Source: Octopus sinensis (taxonomy: Eukaryota). From it: a stretch of DNA of 64,000 nucleotides. The notes beneath the pieces are model-generated. The model searched no databases. It had not been told where the DNA came from and worked only from the letters and a program-made list of their open reading frames with translations. The position numbers were made by a program, and so were the translations under genes. Shown here in pieces: positions 25,853 through 36,999 of this stretch. The stretch covers positions 28,830,001 through 28,894,000 of the forward strand of contig NC_043014.1 in assembly GCF_006345805.1 (NCBI RefSeq), written 5' to 3'. The first letter of the stretch is position 1, and every line of letters begins with the position of its first letter.

Positions 25853-26015
25853 ATATATATACGTCGGGCTTCTGTCAGTTTCCGTCTACCAAATCCTCTT
25901 AAAAGGCTTTGGTCGGCTCGAGGCAATAGTAGAAGACACTTGCCCAAAGTGCCATGCAGTGGAACTGAACCTGGAACCATGTGGTTGGGAAGCAAGCTTC
26001 TTACCACACACTGTG
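25688..26015 (-). mobile_element. SINE family A, 3' end missing
   Basis: Aligns to the A head, internal (TA)n and part of the 3' half. Confidence 0.88.
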
Positions 26016-26149
26016 CCTATATATATATGTGTGTGTGCGAGTGGGGGGGGGGGGCGTGTGTATTAAATAAATAAATAAATAAAAATAAATAAAATATAAA
26101 AAGGATCAATGAAACCAGCTGCAATTTAGTTGTGAAGTCTGTGTGAGTA

Positions 26150-26620
26150 CGAGTTGTCTTGCATGACTTTCAGTGCTAAATAAACAAATTCCAATCAGCT
26201 GTAGGCAGATATAGACGGCCTAAGTAAGCTGTAAGGCATTGCAGCTGCAATTGATTTAATTAGAGATTTACATATTGAGAATTTTATTTGTGCAAACGAT
26301 GCGGAGTGTGATATCAATCCTTAAGTTAGAGGAGACTTACATGCAAATGACATTTGCTACAAAAGGTTACTCGACAAAATGTGGGGAAGCTGATTTGAAA
26401 AACGGAATAGATCCGGGCTACACGGAGTTGTTTCGTGAGGGAGAGACGAAGATGTAAATTATGTTGGCTTGATTAGGCATCACCCAAATGAACTGACGAC
26501 GGCAGAATGATGGCAACATTGGCTGCGATTGGGGTTGAGAAAGGACTGAAGACGGTTTGATGAGACAGCGTAATATGCGATTCGTCTATTCCACCAGGTT
26601 AGGAGACAAGCTGGAGTAAC
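26150..26620 (+). mobile_element. Possible RTE-X-like LINE relic
   Basis: Broken motifs TNS.., F.CKRCG and W...E.....RL.R....L.DKLG-like order; very degraded. Confidence 0.3.
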
Positions 26621-27021
26621 TAGATCAAAATACATAAATAAATAGATGGATTGATATTATATATATATGTGTGCGTGTGTGTGTGTGTGTGTATTCATAT
26701 AAATACAGTGTACATTTAAACACATAAGAGGTATCAGTCACAGGATTCCTTTCACGCTAGAAGAAACTATTAGGGATAAAATCTCGAAGGGAATGAAAAA
26801 TAAAAACATTTACCATCTATCTCCTGGACCATGGTTTCAGACTTATGTTTAGCAAATAAAATAATTTTCTAGGCGACGTCTTCATCAACAGGTACGCCTA
26901 GATCAAACATATAAATACAAGGCAATCCAGCATGTGCCTTTGCTTATACATTATAATTTTTACACGCTAAACCACAGGTTGTAAACATTTCTAAAATCTT
27001 TATTACCCTAATATTATTAAC

Positions 27022-27073
<52 letters not shown>

Positions 27074-27084
27074 GACACATATAA

Positions 27085-27250
27085 ACGTAGGTATGCCTGT
27101 GTAGTTAAGAAGCATATTTGACAACGACGTGGTTCTGGTTTCAATCCCACTGCTTGGCACCCTTGACAAATTGCGTTGTCTATATCCTCAAGTCGATCAA
27201 TGATTTGGGAACGAATTTCGCAGACGAAATCTATGAAGAAACTCTCGTGT
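27085..27250 (+). mobile_element. SINE family A, decayed head
   Basis: GTGGTTCTGGTTTCAATCCCACTGC.TGGCACC...CAGACGAAA. Confidence 0.65.
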
Positions 27251-27571
27251 ATAAGGTTAGAAAATCGATTTAGACTCTTCATTATTTTATTTATTTATTT
27301 ATTTATTTTGTTCAATATTCGGAGAAATAATTAAAATGTGTCACGTGTGTATATCTTCTGCGTAGTGCATTGGAGAAAATATGTTTCAGCATTTTGCGTT
27401 CAGAATTCACTGACCATTTCTGACACTCTCACTTGGGAAGTTATTTAGCAATTTAGCAAGCAGCCAAATATATCATTACCTTATCACTCACCATGGTATC
27501 ACACAAGCTGAGAGCGTGTGTCCAGAGTGACCCAAGACATATATGTGTGTACGTGTGTGTATGTGCGTGTC

Positions 27572-27574
<3 letters not shown>

Positions 27575-27603
<29 letters not shown>

Positions 27604-27645
27604 TGTATGTATGTATGTATGTATGTATGTATGTATGTATGTATG
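27575..27645. repeat. (ATGT)n microsatellite
   Basis: Direct repeat. Confidence 0.95.
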
Positions 27646-28605
27646 TACAAGGAGACAGAGAAAGGATAATAAAAATAGCAAGGATGAAGTAAAACCATAG
27701 ACATGGTGGAGAGAGACAGGTTTTAATGCATGGCTGAGAGTGAAAGAATGCTCTAGATGACAGAAATAGCAAAGGTTATTAGAAGAGAGGGTGTTGGTGA
27801 GATAGAGATGAAAGACGGTTTTATATAGATACATGTCCATAACTAGTTGCAGAAGGGAAAGGTGTGAGGAAAGAGGAAGACGACGAGAAAAAGGGAGGGA
27901 GCGCGAGAGATAGAACAAATGGGTGGTTGAATGTCTGGATCTGAATGCATGAAGTTGCAAACGAATTACAATGGAAATATCAGCTTATATTTAAGTGTTA
28001 ACACCATGCCAAAGAAACATCTCTGGCTGCTGCTGATAGGTGACAAATAAAATGTTATAGTTCAATCACTATTGACTGTCTGAGATTTCACTTTTCCCAC
28101 CTATTTGTTATTTGTTAACAAGAAATTGTTGAAGTTTAGCTCAATTCAAGACGGCTGCTTAGATTTCATTTAATTGCCATCTTTGTTGTCCGCTAATGAA
28201 CTATTGTGGGAAATGTTACCAGAATATTTTAATTAGTCATCTCAGAATCCAATTCCATTGACAATCCGTTCCTCATTTCCTTGGACTAATGTCTGCAGGA
28301 AATAGCGTCAATTATCTAGTTTCTTCACATTCATTGCGTTAAAAACATAATACCTAAGCAAGAAGACATAAACACTTTAATTAGTTGAGCTTTCGGTGAG
28401 AAAATAGCGAGTATTCCTATTGATAATATTACGACACTTCAATATATGATGTCATCTTCATATAGTATACCCCTCTCTTGGATGTCTATACAACCGAAAT
28501 AAATTATGACTACAATGGTAAAATCGTACGTGACATGATTCCTCTAACCAATTAATCATTTCAGTCAGTATACATTGGTTAAACTTCAATTTTCTAAGTG
28601 TTCTA

Positions 28606-28615
28606 TACATACATG

Positions 28616-28675
<60 letters not shown>

Positions 28676-28858
28676 CATACATGTACACATACACACACAC
28701 ACACATACATACATACATACATACATACATACATACATACATACATACATACATACATACATGTACACATACACACACACATACATACATACATACATAC
28801 ATACATACATACATACATACATACATACATACATACATGTACACATACACACACACAA
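28606..28858. repeat. (ACAT)n array with a higher-order repeat block ATGTACACATACACACAC x3
   Basis: Block recurs at about 28681, 28761 and 28837. Confidence 0.9.
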
Positions 28859-28959
28859 ACACACTAACACATACGAGGGTACATAGTATATTGCACGCAA
28901 ACTTGTTTCTGTAATGTATTAAAATAAAAGCAGGAGTTGGACAATAACATCGATATAAT

Positions 28960-29390
28960 CAACAAGTCTGCCCTTGTTTGTCCCCTCTAATCTTGGCCCC
29001 TTGTGGGTAGTAAAGAAATAGGTATTTTGTCTGCCACTACGTTCTGAGTTCAAATTCCGCCGAGGTCGACTTTGCCTTTCATCCTTTCGGGGTCGATTAG
29101 ATAAGTACTAGTTACGCACCGGGGTCGATGTAATCGACTTAATCTGTTTGTCTGTCCTTGTTAGTCCCCTCTGTGTTTAGTCGCCTTGTGGGTAGTAAAG
29201 AAATAGGTATTTTGTCTGCCACTACGTTCTGAGTTCAAATTCCGCAGAGGTCGACTTTGCCTTTCATCCTTTCGGGGTCGATTAGATAAGTACTAGTTAC
29301 GCACCGGGGTCGATGTAATCGACTTAATCCGTTTGTCTGTCCTTGTTTGTCCCCTCTGTGTTTAGCCCCTTGTGAGTAGTAAAGAAATAG
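28960..29390 (+). mobile_element. Head-to-tail tandem array of SINE B1 (about 185-bp unit, about 2.3 copies)
   Basis: Unit restarts at GGTATTTTGTCTGCC at 29021 and 29206; a third junction AAAGAAATAGGTA falls at 29390. Confidence 0.9.
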
Positions 29391-29476
29391 GTACGTGTCT
29401 GTGGAATGCTCAGCCACTTGCACGTTAATTTCACGAGCAGGCTTTTCCATTAATCGGATCAACCGACGAGGGTTCA
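29390..29476 (+). mobile_element. SINE family C 3' module fused to the B array
   Basis: GTGTCTGTGGAATGCTCAGCCACTTGCACGTTAATTTCACGAGCAGGC matches the reverse complement of 49175-49235. Confidence 0.8.
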
Positions 29477-29747
29477 AGTATATCTGCTAGTGTTTGTGTG
29501 AGATTGTGAATGTTCATATATTCACTTGCATGGCCTTTATTCAATGCATAAAGATGTGTATATACCCACCGATCACGTTGGAACCTTAGATATATGTAGA
29601 AAGAGATAAGCACAAGCATCAAAGGAACAGCTGTGTAAATGAAGTGATGGAAGAGGCCTCAAATGTTTTTGTTAATTGAAATTCCGTTATACGCGTTTGT
29701 CTCTGCATATAATCCTGCTTCCATCTGTATTTCTGCGTATCTCTTTC

Positions 29748-29958
29748 TCTCTTTTACTCTCTTTTATTTGTTTCAGTCATTTGACTGCGGCCATGCTGGA
29801 GCACCGCCTTTTAGTCGAGCAAATCGACCCCGGGACTTATTCCTTGTAAGCCCAGTACTTATTCCATCGGTCACTTTTGCCGAACCGCTAAGTGACGGGG
29901 ACGTAAACACACCAGCATCGGTTGTCAAGCAATGCTAGGGGGACAAACAGACACACAA

Positions 29959-30014
<56 letters not shown>

Positions 30015-30190
30015 ATATACATATATACGACAGGCTTCTTTCAGTTTCCGTCTACCAAATCCACTCACAAGGCATTGGTCGGCCCGGGGCTATAGCAGAA
30101 GACACTTGCCCAAGATGCCACACAGTGGGACTGAACCCGGAACCATGTGGTTGGTTAGCAAGCTACTTACCACACAGCGACTCCTGCGCC
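29748..30190 (-). mobile_element. SINE family A, full length, young subfamily
   Basis: Near-identical to 45413-45777 with shared diagnostic bases. Confidence 0.93.
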
Positions 30191-30300
30191 TATGTGTAAA
30201 AAAAATGCATAGCATTGACATTTGTATCTCAGTTCAGTGCGGAGAGGAAAAATCATTCGTAAGTTGTCAATACAATATTGACTGCGTTCGTATTTCTCTA

Positions 30301-30346
<46 letters not shown>

Positions 30347-30584
30347 CGTAAATACGTATAAAATATACGCACGCGCGCGGATGTAGTCGAATGTTAATGT
30401 TTATAACACACACACACGCACACACACACAAACACACATACATATATACATATATAATTATATGCATATATATGTATCTCTAGCTATTCATCAATTTATC
30501 TATCTGTCTTTTTGTCTATCTATCTGTGTATTTAGTTATGAAATGCTTATGTATTTTATATTATATATATGGATATATATATTA

Positions 30585-30655
<71 letters not shown>

Positions 30656-30919
30656 TGAATATACTTCAGGTCAAGGATATCTGGTTAAATTTTCCATGTG
30701 TTAAAATGTGCCTCCTTGCGACTGTCATTTAATCAAGATATATATGAATGTGTGTGTGTGTGTATGTGTGTGTATGTGTGTGTGTGTGTGGTGTGTGTGT
30801 GTGTGTGTTGTGTGTGTGTGTGTGTGTGGTGTTTGTATAATCTTTTATCTTTTACCTTTTATTTGCTTCATCCAATTTCAGGATCCGGCTTGGTTCGACC
30901 CAAGTTCTAATTGTTTTTA

Positions 30920-31170
30920 GGCCCCAAGTACTCTCGGTCTCTTCTACCGAACCACTATGATACGGGGACATAAATACACTAAAATCGGTTATCAATCAGT
31001 AGTGGAGGATAAAAGCAGACACAATGACACACACGCACACGTTCAGTTTCCGTCTACCAAATCCACCCACACTCCTTCGGTCGGCTGGGGTATAGTCGAA
31101 GAGTTTTGCAAGATACCAGGCAGTGAGACTGAAATCAAAAGCAAAATTCTTACCACATAGCCACGCCTGC
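30920..31170 (-). mobile_element. SINE family A, decayed
   Basis: CAGTTTCCGTCTACCAAATCCAC...TTACCACATAGCCAC. Confidence 0.7.
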
Positions 31171-31913
31171 CTCCCACGACACAACACTCGCGTACATATA
31201 TAAATAACAAACTAATAGCAGATAACAGAACGAAACCCTAGATATTCATCGTTATTTTAGAGTTGTTATTTATTGTTATTTTTATTGCTGCTGTTATTGT
31301 TGCAATAGTTACTGCGGTACTTGTTGTTGCTAGGGTTGTAGTTTCGTTGCAGTCATCGTCATCGTCGTCGTATTTGTTTTGTCATTTCTAAGTTTGCAAT
31401 AAACCTTTAGTCGATGCTAGAGAACACTCTGAAACTATAAGCCTATTAAACCAGAACTGGAAATATTGAAAGAGTAAGAACGATAAAAGTGAACATGTTC
31501 AAATTATGAAGACAGAGAGAAGGCAAAAGACGTATAGAGGAGTTACAGAGAAATGAGAAGGAGGGAGATAGAGACAGACAGACGAGGAAAAGAAGTACGG
31601 CGAGTTCAGAGAGAGAGAGAGAGAAGAGAGGAGAGAGAGAGAGAGAGGGAGGGGGGAGATAGGGGAGAGAGAGGGAGAGAGAGAGGAGGAGGCCAAAGCA
31701 GAAAAATGAATTTCTGCTGTGTTTACATGAAATGTGGATGGTAAAGTCGATAATGCGTAGTTAGTTTTTACCATGTCTCTAGTTCTTACCTTCCAATGGT
31801 TGTCCTCACAATAACGGCTTAGATTACATAGTCGTGGTTTGGTATACTACAGTGAATGCTAATCACCGCTAACTGTCACAGAATAGCAGAATCCACATAG
31901 TTCTAAGCAAGTA

Positions 31914-32173
31914 TATAAATAAATGCGCCCTTTTAAAGCCTAGCCAGGCTCATGGACCCGATTTCTCGGTTTCAATGGCGTATGTGTTCCCCAGCTGGAC
32001 GGGACGCCAGTCCATCGCAGCGTTACTCATTTTTGCCAGCTGAGTGGACTGGAGCAATGTGGAATGAAGTGTTTTGCTCAAGAACACCACGCGTCGCCCG
32101 GTCCAGGAATCGAAACCACAATGTTACGATCATGATGTTGACACCCTAACCACTAAGCCACGCGCCTCCACAC
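31914..32173 (-). mobile_element. SINE family D, full length, with 15-bp TSD (one mismatch)
   Basis: Matches 10056-10315; TSD AGTT(C/G)TAAGCAAGTA at 31899-31913 and 32174-32188. Confidence 0.9.
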
Positions 32174-32384
32174 AGTTGTAAGCAAGTACGACAGGTAAAA
32201 TAATTCACCTATCTAACTCTCCAGCGGATATTTTTTTCTTTAATGGCTTAGAGGAGGAAACGTGGCGTCCATAAACTCTTAAAGCCCCAATATTGACGGG
32301 AAGAAGGGACCATGTTACATACAGATTGGAGACCTGGCCTGGAAGTTTGCAACAGGGTGGCACCCACTGGAAATAAACATGCTG

Positions 32385-32640
32385 TATACTCTTTTACTCT
32401 TTTACTCTTTTACTTGTTTCCGTCATTTGACTGCGGCCATGCTGGAGCACCGCCTTTAATCGAACAACTCGATCCCGGGACTTATTCTTTTGTAAGCCCA
32501 GTACTTATTCTATCGGTCTCTTTTGCCGAACCACTAAGCAACGGGGACACAAACACACCAGCATCGGTTGTCAAGCAATGCTAGGGGGACAAACACAGAT
32601 ACACAAACACATACACGCATATATATATATATATTATATA

Positions 32641-32675
<35 letters not shown>

Positions 32676-33068
32676 GTGGAGGCGCAATGGCCTAGTGGTT
32701 AGGGCAGCGGACTTGCGGTCGGAGGATCGCGGTTTCGATTCCCAGACCGGGCGTTGTGTGTGTTTATTGAGCGAAAACACCTAAAAGCTCCACGAGGCTC
32801 CGGCAGGAGGTGGTGATCCCTGCTGTACTCTAAAAGGCGGTGCTCCAGCATGGCCGCAGTCAAATGACTGAAACAAGTACAAAAAAACCCAAAAAAAAAC
32901 ATATATACGACGGGCTTCTTTCAGTTTCCGTCTACCAAATTCACACACAAGGCTTTGGTCGGCCCGAGGCTATAGTAGAAGACACTTGCCCAAGGTGTCA
33001 CGCAGTGGGACTGAACCCGGAACCATGTGGCTGGTAAACAATCTACTTACCACACAGCCACTCCTGCG
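32385..33068 (-). mobile_element. SINE family A, full length, with a nested insertion in its internal microsatellite
   Basis: 3' half at 32385-32610 and 5' half at 32901-33068. Confidence 0.9.
32678..32900 (+). mobile_element. Chimeric SINE: C head, A 3' terminus, A-rich tail
   Basis: C head to CTGCTGTACTCT (32831), then AAAAGGCGGTGCTCCAGCATGGCCGCAGTCAAATGACTGAAACAAGTA, then ACAAAAAAACCCAAAAAAAAAC. Confidence 0.85.
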
Positions 33069-33625
33069 TCTTATATGTTGACCTATATTATCGAACATGC
33101 TCTTTGTTTTCTCAAGTGGGTAAAGTGTGATTTGAGGGATATCTGGTCGTTGTTCAGCATGTCGAGCGGCTGTTCAGAAGCTGTCTTCTTCCATTGTTTC
33201 GTCCTACACAACATATTAAACATGTGTCAGGAGATAACTTTCAATAGACATTTGCTACATCAAACAATGTTCATGAACAATAAAGCTACCATATTTATAT
33301 TTAATGTGTCTATATACATAGTCACATTAAACAAATAACACATCTCTCTACGTTTCAGTCGTAAATACATATTCATTGTTTCTTTCAGCATATTTTTAAA
33401 AATAAATATTCTCTTCTGTGTGACATAGAAGCCATGTAGACATTGATGTTTCTCACCTTTCAGAACTTTATCGTCTCCATGATATACAATGCTATAATAA
33501 AGCTTGGAAATTAAGTTTTGATTTAATATCTTGTCTCTTTCTGTGTTTTCTCGTTGATTCGCAATCGTTTTCTCTATTTCGTTTTTTGTTTTATATATAT
33601 ATTACCCTTATGTATATATTATCCT

Positions 33626-33865
33626 TATGTATGTATGTATGTATGTATGTATGTATGTATGTATGTATGTATGGATGGATGGATGGATGGATGGATGGAT
33701 GGATGGATGGATGGATGCATGCATGTATGTATGTATATATGTATGTATGTATGTATGGATGGATGGATGGATGAATGTATGTATGTATGTATGTATGTAT
33801 GCATGTATGTATGTATGCATGTATGTATGTATGTATGTATGTACGTATGTATGTGTGTATGTATG
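33626..33865. repeat. Compound (ATGT)n/(ATGG)n microsatellite
   Basis: Direct repeat with alternating unit blocks. Confidence 0.95.
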
Positions 33866-34307
33866 TGAGGTCATTATTTTTGTTTCACAATCTAGAGACC
33901 TCAGGTTTGATCCCATTGCGTGGTTTTTTTATGCAAGTATGTTTTACCATATCCTCGGATCAATCCAATTCTTGTCTTCGAAATTTGGTTTGTACTTCAC
34001 ATTTCTAGCCTCACCTCGTTGTAACCAGAAACTTCAGTAGAAAACTAAATTAAATTTACATGTGTTTGTGGTAAACCGAACAGCTTACACGTCAATTTAA
34101 CGTGCAGTTTCATCGAACCATTCAGTGCCCATCAGGACCGACGGAAGTCTCATCATCATCATTATCAGCGGTAGCAGCATCACTTATGCATATATGTGTA
34201 TGTGTAAAAGTATATATGTATATATAAGAACGAAGGCTTTGAATGACCCGTCTGTCTCTTATGTTCGTCCCTTCGTGTATTTCACGTTATTTATATATGT
34301 AAAGGTT

Positions 34308-34786
<479 letters not shown>

Positions 34787-34792
34787 GTGTGT

Positions 34793-35228
34793 GTGTGGCT
34801 GTGTGCGGTAAGTAGTTTGCTTACCAACCACATGGTTCCGGGTTCAGTCCCACTGCCTGGCACCTTGACCAAGAGTATTCTACTATAGCCTCCGGCCGAC
34901 CGAAGCCTTGCGAGTGGATTTGGTAGATGGAAACTGAAAGAAGACCGTCGTATATATGTATGCATATATGTGTATGCGTGTGTGTGTGTGTGTGTTGTGT
35001 ATGTGTGTGTGTTTGTATGTCTGTGTTTGTCCCCCCAACATCGCTTTACAACCGATGTTGGTGTGTTTACGCCACCGTAACTTGGCGGTTCGGCAAAACA
35101 GACTGATAGAATAAGTACTAGGCTTACAATGAAAATGTCCTGGGGTCGATTTGTTCAACTAAAGGCGGTGCTCCAGCATGACAGCACTAAAATGACTGAA
35201 ATAAATAAAAGAAATTAAAGAATAAAAC
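34793..35228 (+). mobile_element. SINE family A, full length
   Basis: Head, internal microsatellite and 3' module are all present. Confidence 0.9.
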
Positions 35229-35322
35229 AAAATATATATGTACGTATATATATGTGTATATATATGTATGTGTATATATATAATATATACGTATGTATAC
35301 ACGTATATATATATACATACAT

Positions 35323-35353
<31 letters not shown>

Positions 35354-35882
35354 TATATATATATATACTTATGCAGGTTCTCTTTTTAATTATTTGGAAG
35401 TATCGCTGTAAAGAAGGAGCTGCTTTCTAACAAAGATACAACACTTCATCGTTGAATGTTGATGACAAAAGAAAGGCACATTTTGAAGTTCAGGAAAGTT
35501 TTGCACATTCTTACTTTTCCACTTACAAATTTTGTTTGTAATGCGCACCTAACTTGTTGATTTTTTTTTTCTGGAAACCTTAGCTTATCCAACTTGTCAC
35601 ATTGTAATTTACTTATAAATCCAAGTGGACTAATTATTATTGGTAACGACGTCAATTTAGAGAAGCTTGGTGTTTCGAAGCAGTTGCCTGCGGATAGTTT
35701 TCTTTCCTTTTGATTTTCGAACTGATATTCACACCAGCAGGGCAGCTGAAGTCTATGACAGGTCATAATTTTACTTGTGTGTCATATACAACAATATTAG
35801 TCCTGTTATGTTTGCATTTAGTAGAACATTTGATGGGAATCTTCCGCAAATATTCCTTGTGTATTCAATAACAGGAGTTGTG

Positions 35883-36385
35883 ACCCCCTTCGGTCATGAA
35901 TGACCATGGGATTGCACCTAGAAAGTTACCCTCCGAGGCACATATCTGGGCAAGGTTGTTTATGGAAGACCAGTAGTCCCCCATGCATACCAGCCTCCTC
36001 TCTCCACGTCACCGATGTTATCCAAGGGAAAGGCAAAAGCCGATACAGCTTGGCACCAGTGACGTCGCAGCTCATTTATTAACGTGCAAATGGCCGAGCA
36101 TTTCACAGAAACGTGTACCCTTAACGTAGTTCTCGGGGAGATTCAGCATGACACAGTGTGACAAGGCTGGCCCTTTGAAATACAGGTACGACAAAACAGG
36201 ACGAAAGAGTGAGAGAAAGATGTGGTGAAAGAGTACAGCAGGGTTCACCACCACCTCCTGCCGGAGCCTTGTTGATCTTTAGTTGTTTTTGCTCAATAAA
36301 TACTCACAATGCCCGGTCTGGGAATCGAAACCACGATCCTACGACCGCGAGTCTGCTGCCCTGACCACAGGGCCATTGCGCCTCC
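35883..36385 (-). mobile_element. SINE fusion: C head and body (36078-36385) joined to E 3' module (35883-36077)
   Basis: C part matches 49190-49475; E part is the reverse complement of 41828-42015. Confidence 0.85.
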
Positions 36386-36429
36386 ACAATAACAGGCGCA
36401 TTCTATATATTTCCAGGACAGTCTTTTTC

Positions 36430-36640
36430 CTTGGATAACATTGTATATTATCTGAATTGTTATCGCGCCAGGCAAATTGTTTAGTAACATTTTGTTCAGA
36501 GTTCAAATGCTACCGGGTCTATTTTGCCTTTTATACCGCTGAGGTCGATAAAATAAGTACTATTGAGCGCTAGAGATGATGTAATCAACTTAACTCCTCC
36601 TACCAAATTACTGCCTTTGCCTTGTTCCAAAACTTGAAAT
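36430..36640 (+). mobile_element. SINE family B, decayed
   Basis: GAGTTCAAAT...GAGGTCGATAAAATAAGTAC...GATGTAATCAACTT. Confidence 0.7.
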
Positions 36641-36999
36641 AGTGAACCTTTTGGAAATGAAACTTGAACCGATGTGGGGTTTTTTTCAGATTTTCGAAGT
36701 TCTATTGATAGATTGTAATTTATTAGCTTGTGAAGCTCAGTTTATCACGGCTGGAACCGAAGCAGCAAACTGCCCCGATAATTACATTTGTAAATCTAAA
36801 TTATAGTCCGAATGAGGTGTCTGCAAATTTTTTAGCTAGTCTTTAGCATTATACTGACCAATGCTAGAAAATTGATTTGTATTACTAGGAACACTTTACT
36901 TTCTCTGTCCCACATAATTATGTCAGGGTGTGATATGCTTACATTCAACAGATGGTTAAACGGGAACATTTGACTAATATCCTTTCATATTATAGGTGA

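Noticed and set aside
28960-29390. Regularly spaced direct repeats as a CRISPR array
   Set aside because: The whole 185-bp unit is repeated with no unique spacers; it is SINE-derived; eukaryotic context.
31790-31846. 57-nt minus-strand micro-exon candidate (YTKPRLCNLSRYCEDNHWK, AG/GTAAG)
   Set aside because: Weak polypyrimidine tract, no recognisable protein, no partner exons.
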